A stretch of DNA of 61,903 nucleotides, from contig JANNVX010000011.1 in the NCBI GenBank assembly GCA_031414595.1, positions 1 through 61,903 of the forward strand, read 5' to 3'. Positions 28,152 to 37,256 of this stretch are shown piece by piece. The notes under the pieces are model-generated. The model saw only the letters and a program-made list of their open reading frames with translations. It had not been told where the DNA came from and did no database searches. A program made the translations under genes and the position numbers. The stretch is from Deinococcales bacterium (GTDB lineage Bacteria > Deinococcota > Deinococci > Deinococcales > JAAFIG01). Numbering within the stretch: the first letter of the stretch is position 1; the number at the start of each line of letters is the position of its first letter.

Positions 28152-29260
28152 ATTTCCCCTGCGATTGGGGCATAAATCTGCTTCAGTAAAGCAAATTCGT
28201 CAAAAACCGTGTATTCCCTTGCAATCCGCCCGTTCTCGAGTTCAAGATGGCTAATGCAAAGTAATTTAATACGTTGCCCGCTTGGGTCGCCGTACCAACC
28301 AGTGCCAAGGTGCGTACCTTGAAAAGTCCAACGCACCGCAATTTTTAAGTTCAAGCCAGAACCAATAGAACAAATGTGGTCTACGCTCACACCAGCATCG
28401 GGGAACGCTGCCAGCAGACTGAGAACAAAATGTTGGTAGGCACTGATGCCCTCGAGTTTACGAGCCGTCGAAACAAAAGCGGTTGGGCTTTGGGTGTAGT
28501 AATCTTTGACCCGATTTAACAAGCGCCAATTCCAGATTTCTTGGAATAAGCAATGCACAAAGTCGGTCACGTCAAAACCATCGCTCGAGCGAACAGGTAA
28601 TTTAGGCGGAAGCTGCCCCTCGAGACGGTCTATTTCGGGGATACCAATTTGCACTGGACTGGTGGCATTGCGGATAGCATCGGCTTTTGCCATGCGTTTA
28701 GCGAGGTCAATTTCGTTAAATCCAAGTTGGCGCACCAATGCCAATTCGTCGCGTACCAACCATTCTTCGGTGATGCGGTTTTCTTTGACAAAACAATGGG
28801 CAATACCGCGCCGCAAAATACGTTTGTTGGTTGGCGCTCCGTACTGGCTGTAACCTGTGTTGCGAGCCGTCCAAGTGATGCGGTGGCTCGAGTGAAAGCC
28901 GTCTTGGTCGTTACCGCTCCAAATTACTTCGTCGCCGTGAAGCCGCGCATCTGGGAATGCCGCAAGGGTTTTGAGTGTCCCTTCAACCACCGCTTCGCGC
29001 CCATAAATGGTTGCATCGGTCATATAAATTGGGCAGTTATGGGTGTAATGGGTGTAGATTAAACCAATCGCTTTTTCTTCCCAAATTTTATGAGTACAAC
29101 GAATTATATAATCCACAAAGTCTGGATAATCGGCATCAAAGCCCGACATAGCCTGGCGGCGCTCGAGGGGGCGTTCTAAACTGCTAAAACTCGAGATGTC
29201 ACGCCCATTAACCATGATTTCGGCACGCTCGAGCAATTCTTGTTCGGATGGTTTGGTCAT
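28148..29260 (-). CDS. Double SnoaL/NTF2-like 'ester cyclase' protein
   Basis: DYIIRCTHKIWEE, AFPD, DEVIWSG, SSHRI, EEWLVRD, EYTVFDE. Confidence 0.8.
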   Translation of the reverse strand: MTKPSEQELLERAEIMVNGRDISSFSSLERPLERRQAMSGFDADYPDFVDYIIRCTHKIWEEKAIGLIYTHYTHNCPIYMTDATIYGREAVVEGTLKTLAAFPDARLHGDEVIWSGNDQDGFHSSHRITWTARNTGYSQYGAPTNKRILRRGIAHCFVKENRITEEWLVRDELALVRQLGFNEIDLAKRMAKADAIRNATSPVQIGIPEIDRLEGQLPPKLPVRSSDGFDVTDFVHCLFQEIWNWRLLNRVKDYYTQSPTAFVSTARKLEGISAYQHFVLSLLAAFPDAGVSVDHICSIGSGLNLKIAVRWTFQGTHLGTGWYGDPSGQRIKLLCISHLELENGRIAREYTVFDEFALLKQIYAPIAGEI

Positions 29261-30273
29261 GATTTCGCCTTTGCCTTTGTATTGATTTGTTTAACACTGC
29301 CGCGTTCGACTAAAACACCAGGAATAAATCGCAAATTGCTGCCAAGCGGGGTATTTTCGACTGCCTCGAGCAACATCTGTAAACTCGAGTCAATCATCGC
29401 TTCGACAGGTTGACGAATCGTGGTTAGGTTATATGCCCCCCACGCTGCCATTGGGATGTCGTCAAAACCAACAATGCTCACTTGGGTACCGACTTTGACC
29501 CCGACTTCTCGAGCCGCATCTATTGCCCCTATTGCGGTAATATCGTTGGCACAAAAAATCGCATCGGGTGAATCCGAATGCGCCAATAAGCGCTGCATGG
29601 CGGCAAAACCAGCCTCATAAGTAAAGTTTCCGGCTTCGCGCTGCACCATAAAACCCGCCTGCTCGAGCCGCGTGGTGTAACTACTTTCGCGGTCACGGTT
29701 GGTACTGGTGTTCTCGCGCCCCGCAATATAGGCATAGCGGCTGTGCGAGCGCCCCAGTAGGTAATCTGCCACCAAACGCCCACCGCCACGGTTATCGCAA
29801 CAGACCGCACTCGAGGAAGCATCGGCGGCATATCGGTTAAATAGCACCACAGGCGTACCATGACGGCTCAGGGTTTCTGCCATATGGCTAGATAAACTTG
29901 CCGAGGCAATCAGTAGCCCGTCGCACTGGTACTCGAGGACAAGCGGCAGCAGGTCGTCTACTTCGTGTTGTGCATCGGTGCTAAAAAGCAGCACTCGCCA
30001 GCCAAGCGCATGAAGTTTAGAGGTTAGTTTTTCTAGCACAAACGGATAAAACGGACTGGTCATTTCCGACATCACGATGCCAATTAATTTGCTTTGTTGG
30101 GTGCTTAAACTCCGCGCCATGGCGTTGGGTGTGTAGCCCATTTTGAGTGCCAAATGCTGGACTTTTTCACGGGTTTTGGTGGCAATCCGAATATCGTTAG
30201 ACAGCGCCCTCGAGACGGTACTTTGGCTAATCCCAAGTTCTTGGGCTAAATCGACACTGGTGACTCGAGCCAT
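29257..30273 (-). CDS. LacI family transcriptional regulator
   Basis: VTSVDLAQELGISQSTVSRAL HTH, GYTPN, FCANDITA, VGFDDI, LTTIRQP; start coupled to the aldolase stop. Confidence 0.93.
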   Translation of the reverse strand: MARVTSVDLAQELGISQSTVSRALSNDIRIATKTREKVQHLALKMGYTPNAMARSLSTQQSKLIGIVMSEMTSPFYPFVLEKLTSKLHALGWRVLLFSTDAQHEVDDLLPLVLEYQCDGLLIASASLSSHMAETLSRHGTPVVLFNRYAADASSSAVCCDNRGGGRLVADYLLGRSHSRYAYIAGRENTSTNRDRESSYTTRLEQAGFMVQREAGNFTYEAGFAAMQRLLAHSDSPDAIFCANDITAIGAIDAAREVGVKVGTQVSIVGFDDIPMAAWGAYNLTTIRQPVEAMIDSSLQMLLEAVENTPLGSNLRFIPGVLVERGSVKQINTKAKAKS

Positions 30274-31058
30274 TAATAACCCCCTGTTTTTTGACTCGAG
30301 CCAGTCTTGAACGTCTCTAACGCGTCTTTGGCAGCTGATGCCAGCAACCTCGAGTCGGAAGACAGCACCAAGAAACGATAACCTTTTTCTTGCATTCGCA
30401 CAGCGTACTCTGGGCTGCCACAAAAAATCCCGACTTGTTTGCCTGCGGCTCTGGTTTTTAGGGAAATTTGTTCGAGAATGGCTAAAAATTCTGGCTCGAG
30501 ACTATCGAGTTTAGCGCCATTGCCAAGCGACTGATTGAGGTCTGAAGGTCCAACAAAAATCCCATCCAGTTCTGGGGTCTCGAGGATTGAATCAAGGTTT
30601 TCCAGTCCCGTTTTGGTTTCAATCATCGCAAACGTCAGCACCACATCATCGGCGCTCTGCCCGTAACTGCTGCCATGAATCAAAGCCGCTCGAGTCGGAC
30701 CATAACTGCGAATCCCACGCGGCGGATAACGACAAGCTGCCACAAAATCCTGCGCCTCGAGTGCGGTATTGACCAATGGGCAAATAATCCCAAGCGCCCC
30801 AGCATCTAAAAACTTCATGATTTCGGCGGGGTCATTCCATGAGGAGCGCACAAGCGGCACAGCCGCACTTTTTGATACCGCCCCAACTAGAGAAAGCGCT
30901 GTGTCCATGCCATATGGCGCGTGTTGGTAATCTACCACCAACGCCTCAAAACCCTGTGCTGCCATCAATTCTGCCACAAAGGGATGTCCAAAATGCAGCC
31001 AGCCAACACTGACGGCTTGGTCTTGGGCAAATTGGCGTTTTATAGGATTCTCGAGCAT
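30273..31058 (-). CDS. HpcH/HpaI class II pyruvate aldolase
   Basis: DYQHA, LDAGA, CRYPPRGIRS, MIET, FVGPSDL. Confidence 0.9.
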   Translation of the reverse strand: MLENPIKRQFAQDQAVSVGWLHFGHPFVAELMAAQGFEALVVDYQHAPYGMDTALSLVGAVSKSAAVPLVRSSWNDPAEIMKFLDAGALGIICPLVNTALEAQDFVAACRYPPRGIRSYGPTRAALIHGSSYGQSADDVVLTFAMIETKTGLENLDSILETPELDGIFVGPSDLNQSLGNGAKLDSLEPEFLAILEQISLKTRAAGKQVGIFCGSPEYAVRMQEKGYRFLVLSSDSRLLASAAKDALETFKTGSSQKTGGY

Positions 31059-31066
31059 AAAAAATC

Positions 31067-31759
31067 TTACTTCTTTTTGCTGACTCGAGCTTTCAAGGTT
31101 TTGGCTTTAGGACGTGCCTTGAGGCTTTTTTTCACGACTTTCTCGAGTTTTGCGCCCAATTTGGCTTTGCGCTCGGCGTAATCTTCGGGCTTGACCATTC
31201 GCCCAGTCACATCGGCTTTGAAACCCAGTTTGGCGGCTTCTTGCACAATCCGTTCAGACCAGTACGGGTCTTTGCTACGGAATTGGTCGTGCGGGTCTAG
31301 GACTGCAAAACACCATGCGGGGGTATCGGAGATGTTCTCAAAACCACGCCAGAGGTGCATCGGTAAAGAAATGCTGTCCCACGGCTCGAGAATCGCTTCG
31401 CCCTCGGGGTCGCCTTCGGGGTCGTTGCCCCAATAAAAACGCCAGCGCCCCGACATCACAAAAAACATTTCGCAGTAATCGTGGCTGTGGTAAGCGGGTC
31501 CAGAATTGGGTGGGCAGCAAAGCATTCCAATCTGGAATTTGTGCGGGGCGGTAATCGCGGCTTCAAAATCTGAGTTTTCCGAAGCCGTATCGCCAATCAC
31601 CGCGTAATTCATACGTTGATGCCTAGGTAGACTCGAGTCAATAAACATTAAGGGAATACCGTTTTTAACCAGTTTATCAAAACGCACAATCCGTGCTTCG
31701 ACTTCACTATTTTCGATGCGGTATGAGCCAAGGGTTCTTTCAGCTTCTTTTTTTGCCAT
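31067..31759 (-). CDS. Cupin domain protein
   Basis: PAYHSH..CEMFFVMSGRWRF metal motif, WRGFEN; Lys-rich tail. Confidence 0.8.
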   Translation of the reverse strand: MAKKEAERTLGSYRIENSEVEARIVRFDKLVKNGIPLMFIDSSLPRHQRMNYAVIGDTASENSDFEAAITAPHKFQIGMLCCPPNSGPAYHSHDYCEMFFVMSGRWRFYWGNDPEGDPEGEAILEPWDSISLPMHLWRGFENISDTPAWCFAVLDPHDQFRSKDPYWSERIVQEAAKLGFKADVTGRMVKPEDYAERKAKLGAKLEKVVKKSLKARPKAKTLKARVSKKK

Positions 31760-31802
31760 AAAACACGTCCAGACCAAGCGCTAAGGCTTAGGAGAAATTT
31801 AT

Positions 31803-31816
31803 TGCATAGGTATGCA
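31803..31816. promoter_or_regulatory. Putative LacI-family operator in the divergent promoter
   Basis: TGCATAGGTATGCA, 13/14 to the perfect palindrome; lies downstream of a minus-strand TTGACA. Confidence 0.7.
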
Positions 31817-31869
31817 GCAATTCTGCTATAGCGAGGCTAGGTTTGTCAAGTCTGGTGTTAAACTGACCC

Positions 31870-32598
31870 ATGTCCAAAACACCAATTCTTTTTATTCACG
31901 GTCATACCCTCGACCAACGCATGTGGCAGCCGCAACTCGAGGCATTCAAAGATTATCCTATGATTGCCCCAACACTGCGCGGTTACGGCAATTCTCAAGC
32001 ACCAAGCCAAACGCCTTCTTTTGCCGAAGATATGTACACACTACTCGAGCCTTACAAAAAAGCCCACCTGGTCGGATTAAGTTTAGGTGGCAATGTTGCA
32101 CTTGAAATGGCAGTACGATACCCAGAAAAAATAGCCAGTCTGACTTTGCTCGACTCGAGCCTGAAAGGTTTTACAGCCGATGAAGCCCAAACTAAAGCTG
32201 GTCAATCGGTGCAATTGGCATTCGAGCAACACGGACTGGGGGCAGCCAAACAAATGTGGTTAGGCTTACCGCTTTTTGCATCGGCAAGGGAAAATCCTGT
32301 CTTAAAAGCCCAACTCGAGGCTTGGGTGAGGGATTATTCGGGCTGGCACTGGGCGCAGAACATCAGCCCATCAGTGGCAATAGAAGATGTCTCGAGCCGC
32401 TTAGACCAAATAACTGCCAAAACCATGATTGTCGTCGGTCAACGAGATGTGGTTTATTTTCAGAATGTGGCACGGTATTTGCACAAAGGGATAGCTGGCT
32501 CGAGACTTGAAGTCATCGCGGGGGCTGGGCATATGGTTAATCTCGAGCAGGCAACCATGATTAACCAATTATTGGCTTCGCATTTTCTTGAATCCTAA
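31870..32598 (+). CDS. Alpha/beta hydrolase
   Basis: FIHG, LRGYG, GLSLGG nucleophile elbow, AGHMVNLE. Confidence 0.9.
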   Translation: MSKTPILFIHGHTLDQRMWQPQLEAFKDYPMIAPTLRGYGNSQAPSQTPSFAEDMYTLLEPYKKAHLVGLSLGGNVALEMAVRYPEKIASLTLLDSSLKGFTADEAQTKAGQSVQLAFEQHGLGAAKQMWLGLPLFASARENPVLKAQLEAWVRDYSGWHWAQNISPSVAIEDVSSRLDQITAKTMIVVGQRDVVYFQNVARYLHKGIAGSRLEVIAGAGHMVNLEQATMINQLLASHFLES

Positions 32599-32644
32599 AA
32601 AGTAGAGGCTATGTGGATTGGTTCAAGGTTTGTTAAATACTGCC

Positions 32645-32673
32645 CTGACGATTTCATGACAATCATTACGCAA
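32645..32673 (+). promoter_or_regulatory. Pho-box-like direct repeats upstream of pstS (similar pair at 33825-33844 before pstC)
   Basis: TGAC units with 11-bp period: CTGACGATTTC-ATGACAATCAT; TTGACAATTCC-CTGACAC. Confidence 0.5.
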
Positions 32674-32727
32674 GATGCTTCTAGGAAAACCTCGAGCATT
32701 CTCGAGCCGTTCATCTTGGAGGAATTT

Positions 32728-33759
32728 ATGAAGAAATTAGTTTTAGTAGGTATGATGGCAGCCGCAGGAGTCGCGGCATTAGCGCAAGGTTCATTAACAG
32801 GTTCGGGAGCAAGTTTCCCATTTTTGTTGTACTCGGAAATGTTCAATGTTTATAAGAATCAAAGCGGTGTAGCCGTCAATTATCAATCCATCGGTTCGGG
32901 TGGCGGTCAACGTGCCATCATTGGACGCACCGTAGACTTTGGTGGTTCAGATGCTCCTTTGACCGACGCACAACTTAAAACCGCACCAGATAAAATCGTT
33001 CACATCCCAATGGCTCTAGGTGCAGTTGTTCCGACTTACAACATTCCTGGAGTAACCACAAACTTAAAGTTCACTGGTGCAGTGTTGGCAGACATTTACC
33101 TTGGTAAAATTAAGACCTGGAACACAAAAGCCATCCAAGACTTAAACAAGACGACCAAGCTGCCTAACTTGCCAATCACTGTGGTTTACCGCTCGGATGG
33201 TTCGGGTACAACCAGCATTTGGGTAGATTACTTGGCAAAAGTTTCTAAAGAATGGCGTGAAACCGTTTCAGAAGGTGCTGTGACTAGCGTTAAATGGCCC
33301 GTTGGGGTTGGCGGACCACAAAACGCTGGCGTGGCTGGTTTGGTCAAACAAACCCCCGGTGGTATCGGATATGTAGAATTACTCTACGCCACCAGCAATA
33401 AACTCGAGTACGGTTTTGTTCGTAACGGCACAGGTAAGTTTGTAGATGCTGGCAACTTGAAAGAACTCGAGATTGCCAGTGACTCCAAGGTTCTTCCAGA
33501 TGATACCCGTGTTTCAATCACCAACAGCGACATTGGCTACCCTGTGACTGGCTTTACTTGGTTACTGGCTTACGAAGACCAAAAATACGGAAACCGCAGC
33601 AAAGCCCAAGCTCAAGCGCTTGTGAAGATGCTCGAGTGGGCATTGACCGATGGTCAAAAAATCCATAACAAACTTGGTTACGGTCAGATTGACGGTTCGG
33701 CATTGGTCAAAGCCAAGCGCATTGTCAACGGTATTAACTACGGTGGCGAAAAGCTCTAA
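32728..33759 (+). CDS. pstS: Phosphate ABC transporter binding protein
   Basis: GSGASFP, NYQSIGSGGG, DFGGSD, RSDGSGTT; GGAGG RBS. Confidence 0.95.
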   Translation: MKKLVLVGMMAAAGVAALAQGSLTGSGASFPFLLYSEMFNVYKNQSGVAVNYQSIGSGGGQRAIIGRTVDFGGSDAPLTDAQLKTAPDKIVHIPMALGAVVPTYNIPGVTTNLKFTGAVLADIYLGKIKTWNTKAIQDLNKTTKLPNLPITVVYRSDGSGTTSIWVDYLAKVSKEWRETVSEGAVTSVKWPVGVGGPQNAGVAGLVKQTPGGIGYVELLYATSNKLEYGFVRNGTGKFVDAGNLKELEIASDSKVLPDDTRVSITNSDIGYPVTGFTWLLAYEDQKYGNRSKAQAQALVKMLEWALTDGQKIHNKLGYGQIDGSALVKAKRIVNGINYGGEKL

Positions 33760-33772
33760 ACCATATTGTCAG

Positions 33773-33804
33773 ACCTCCCCCAACACTTCGGGGGAGGTTT
33801 TTTT
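33773..33804 (+). terminator. Rho-independent terminator after pstS
   Basis: ACCTCCCCC-loop-GGGGGAGGT followed by a T tract. Confidence 0.85.
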
Positions 33805-33877
33805 ATGGTAAATAGACTTTTCTCTTGACAATTCCCTGACACAAAAAGCCCAGACTTCACAGCAGGAGGGCGTATTC

Positions 33878-34813
33878 ATGACACCCAGTATTACAAAACC
33901 ACGCTCGAGAAGCCTCTCGAGCCGTTCAGACCAAACTTTTCAAGCCGTCATTTTAGGGTTAGCCAGTATGGTGCTGCTGATTGCAGGTCTTTATGCAGCC
34001 GTATTGTTATTAGGTGGGATTCCAGCCTTTGCTAAAGAAGGACTGGGTTTCTTTTTTGGTACGAATTGGGACCCTGTTTCAGAAGAGTATCAGGCGTTTC
34101 CCTTTATTGTTGGTACATTTGTGACCGCTTTGGGGGCATTGGTTATCGCTACACCTCTAGCAATTGCTTCAGCGCTGTTTGTGGTCGAATATGCCCCAAA
34201 ATGGTTAGCCCAACCCGTGGCTAATCTAGTCGAACTTTTAGCCGCTATCCCTAGCGTGGTTTACGGGCTTTGGGGCTTATTTGTGATGCTCCCAATTATG
34301 CGCTCATTTCAAACTTGGTTCGTTCTCACTTTTCCAAGTTTGGGTTGGGCTCCGACTGGCATTGGCTTGTTCTCGGCAATGGTTTTACTGGCAATCATGG
34401 TGATTCCTTTTATTTCAGCGATTTCTCGAGATGTGATTCGACTTGTGCCTAATGACCAACGCGAAGCCGCGTATGCGCTTGGTGCAACCAAGTGGGAAGT
34501 CATCCGTTACGGCATTTTTCCATACGCTCGGGCTGGAATTCTGGGTGGTGTGATTTTAGGCTTAGGGCGAGCCGTTGGCGAGACACTGGCTGTAACAATG
34601 GTCATCGGCAACGCCAACCGCATTGCGCCAAATCTGTTTGCGCCAACTGCCACCATGTCCAGCGTGATTGCCTCAAATTTTAACGAAGCACTCGGAGCAA
34701 TGGTGCCGGCTTTAATTGCGATTGGGTTTGTGTTGTTTGTGTTCACGATGATTATTAACTATGTGGCACGGATTATCATTCTGCGTTTGACCCCTCAAGG
34801 AATCCGTTTATGA
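33878..34813 (+). CDS. pstC: Phosphate ABC permease
   Basis: ELLAAIPSVVYGLWG, EAAYALGATKWE, GRAVGETLAV. Confidence 0.95.
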   Translation: MTPSITKPRSRSLSSRSDQTFQAVILGLASMVLLIAGLYAAVLLLGGIPAFAKEGLGFFFGTNWDPVSEEYQAFPFIVGTFVTALGALVIATPLAIASALFVVEYAPKWLAQPVANLVELLAAIPSVVYGLWGLFVMLPIMRSFQTWFVLTFPSLGWAPTGIGLFSAMVLLAIMVIPFISAISRDVIRLVPNDQREAAYALGATKWEVIRYGIFPYARAGILGGVILGLGRAVGETLAVTMVIGNANRIAPNLFAPTATMSSVIASNFNEALGAMVPALIAIGFVLFVFTMIINYVARIIILRLTPQGIRL

Positions 34814-35694
34814 CTTCGAGCCTCCCAACAACCCAAAGTAAAGGCTTGACTCGTACCCTCAGCCCAAAACGTCGGCTAGAAAATCTTAGTGCAACCGTCA
34901 TCATCGGTATTCTGACGGTGATTGTTTTGTTGCCACTTTTTGCAATTACTTACGAAATTCTGAGTCAAGGAATTGGCAACATCAATCTTGGTTTGTTTAT
35001 TGAGTCGCCAAAGTCAGTGATAGATACCAGTGGTGGCGGTGGTGTAGCCCACGCGATTGTCGGTTCAATCATGATGATTGCGATTGGTTTAGTGATTGGC
35101 TTACTGGTAGGGGTTGGGGCTGGAATTTTCTTAGCCGAGTTCTCGGAGCATAAACTTGTGCCATTGGTTCGTTTGTTTGCCGATGTTTTGACTGGTATTC
35201 CAGCCATTGTTGTTGGCTTGGTGGTTTTTCAGGCTTTAATCAACTCGAGAATAATAGAATATAGCGCTGTGGCTGGTGGGATTGCGCTTGGTTTTATCAT
35301 GATTCCAATTATTGTGCGTTCCACCGAAGAAGTCTTAAAACTTGTGCCAGTCTCGATTCGTGAAGCTGGTTTAGCCTTGGGTTTACCGCGCTGGCTTGTG
35401 ACGATGCAAATTGTGTTGCCTGCGGCTCGAGCCGGTATTGTCACGGGTATCATTTTAGCGATTTCTCGAGTTGGTGGCGAAGCTGCCCCATTACTTTTAA
35501 CTGCTTTGGGTAATAACTTTTTTAGCCTTGACCCAACCAAAGCAATGGCAGCCTTGCCTTTGGCAGTCTATAAATACGCTTTCTCGCCGTTTGAGCATTT
35601 GATTCGTCAGGCTTGGGCAGCGTCATTCGTTTTGGTATTACTCATTTTCATCTCGAGCTTAATTGCTCGTTATGTCATCCGAGAAAGGAATTAA
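34810..35694 (+). CDS. pstA: Phosphate ABC permease
   Basis: [28 protein letters not shown]. Confidence 0.95.
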   Translation: MTSSLPTTQSKGLTRTLSPKRRLENLSATVIIGILTVIVLLPLFAITYEILSQGIGNINLGLFIESPKSVIDTSGGGGVAHAIVGSIMMIAIGLVIGLLVGVGAGIFLAEFSEHKLVPLVRLFADVLTGIPAIVVGLVVFQALINSRIIEYSAVAGGIALGFIMIPIIVRSTEEVLKLVPVSIREAGLALGLPRWLVTMQIVLPAARAGIVTGIILAISRVGGEAAPLLLTALGNNFFSLDPTKAMAALPLAVYKYAFSPFEHLIRQAWAASFVLVLLIFISSLIARYVIRERN

Positions 35695-35698
35695 GACC

Positions 35699-36508
35699 AT
35701 GCAAAACTTAAAGCCTCAACACATTAAAGCCAGTGGTCCAGTCAGCGACAAAGAACCGCGCCTCATTGCCCAAGATGTCAGTATTTTTTATGGCGATAAA
35801 GAAGCCGTTAAAAAGGTCAATCTTAGCTTCCAACCAAACACCGTCAATGCCTTAATCGGACCTTCAGGTTGCGGCAAGACCACCTTTCTACGTGCCATTA
35901 ACCGAATGCACGATTTAACGGCTGGCGCTCGAGTCACAGGGCAAATCATGCTTGATGGCGCAAATCTGTACGGCGAGGGCATAGACCCCGTGGATGTGCG
36001 CCGTCGCATTGGTATGGTGTTTCAAAAGCCCAATCCATTCCCAACCATGAGCATTTACGACAATGTGGTGGCTGGCTTAAAACTGGCTGGCGAAAAAAAC
36101 AAAACTAAACTCGATAGCGTAGTCGAGAAATCCCTGCGTGGCGCAGCCCTGTGGGACGAAGTTAAAGATCGCCTTAAAGCCCCCGGTGCAAGTTTGTCCG
36201 GTGGGCAACAACAACGCCTCTGCATTGCTAGGGCTTTAGCCGTAGACCCAGAAATCCTCTTGATGGACGAACCGACCAGCGCCTTAGACCCACAAAGTAC
36301 CGCCCGTATCGAAGACCTGATGGAAACCCTTAAAGAACAAGTCACGATTGTGATTGTCACCCACAACATGCAGCAGGCTTCTCGAGTCTCGGATACCACC
36401 AGTTTCTTTTTACTTGGCGATATGATTGAACACAGCCCAACCGCCCAAATGTTCACCACCCCAAAAGACCAACGCACCGAAGCCTACATCAGTGGGAAAT
36501 TCGGTTGA
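35699..36508 (+). CDS. pstB: Phosphate ABC ATPase
   Basis: [32 protein letters not shown]. Confidence 0.95.
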   Translation: MQNLKPQHIKASGPVSDKEPRLIAQDVSIFYGDKEAVKKVNLSFQPNTVNALIGPSGCGKTTFLRAINRMHDLTAGARVTGQIMLDGANLYGEGIDPVDVRRRIGMVFQKPNPFPTMSIYDNVVAGLKLAGEKNKTKLDSVVEKSLRGAALWDEVKDRLKAPGASLSGGQQQRLCIARALAVDPEILLMDEPTSALDPQSTARIEDLMETLKEQVTIVIVTHNMQQASRVSDTTSFFLLGDMIEHSPTAQMFTTPKDQRTEAYISGKFG

Positions 36509-36557
36509 AAATAGCTTTGGGCTATGAGGGTTTTAGCCCAAAGCTCATAGCCTCTTT

Positions 36558-37172
36558 ATGACTCACCTCGAGACCGAACTCAAAGACATTAAACGCGAAC
36601 TGCTTTTGGGCATGAATCGCGCTCGCAATGCTGTGGTTTTAAGTGGCGAAGCCTTGCTCGAGCAGAGCAACAAAAAGGCTGAACGCGCTCGGGTCATGGC
36701 ATCCGAAATTGAGCATTTCCGCATCGTTCTCGAGGATAAATGCTTAATGGCTTTTTCTAAACATCAGTTGGTCGCAAGGGATGCGCGGTTTGTGGCGTTT
36801 GTGTTATCGAGCCTGACTGATTTAGAGCGGACTGGCGATTATGCGACCCATATTGCCGAAGATGCAGCCTTGGCAAGGGGACACTTAGAAACCCTGCATA
36901 AGTTATTTGATAAGTTGGCGCAGATGCTCGAGCGCTTGAGCTTGGCGCTCGAGCGCGAGGATGCAGCCTTGGCTGGGGCGGTTGCGCTCGAAGATAAAAA
37001 TGTAGACACACTGATAGAGGGTGCAACTGAGCGGGTCATCTCGAGTTTTCATAATTTGCCACTCGAGCAGGGCTTGGCATCTTTGCGGGTTTTACGCAGC
37101 GCTCAACGGATTGGTGACCATCTCGAAAACATTGCCGAGCGGCTGAGTTTTGCGATTTCTGGGCAACGCTGA
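36558..37172 (+). CDS. phoU: Phosphate uptake regulator PhoU
   Basis: DLERTGDYATHIAE and RIGDHLENIAE repeats; end of the pst operon. Confidence 0.88.
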   Translation: MTHLETELKDIKRELLLGMNRARNAVVLSGEALLEQSNKKAERARVMASEIEHFRIVLEDKCLMAFSKHQLVARDARFVAFVLSSLTDLERTGDYATHIAEDAALARGHLETLHKLFDKLAQMLERLSLALEREDAALAGAVALEDKNVDTLIEGATERVISSFHNLPLEQGLASLRVLRSAQRIGDHLENIAERLSFAISGQR

Positions 37173-37256
37173 ACCACACTTTGCTGGGCAACGCTGAACC
37201 AGAATAAGCCATAGAGCCGAGGCAGCCAGTCTCGAGCAAACCGTACACTGCACCAC

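Noticed and set aside
29257-30423. Extended N-termini in the ORF track (LacI, pstS, pstB, rnhA, malK, hisD-like)
   Set aside because: They overlap upstream genes or promoters; downstream starts have an RBS and match family N-termini
18245-31759. Polyketide biosynthetic cluster (because of SnoaL 'cyclases')
   Set aside because: No PKS, ACP or exporter; an importer, LacI and aldolase indicate catabolism
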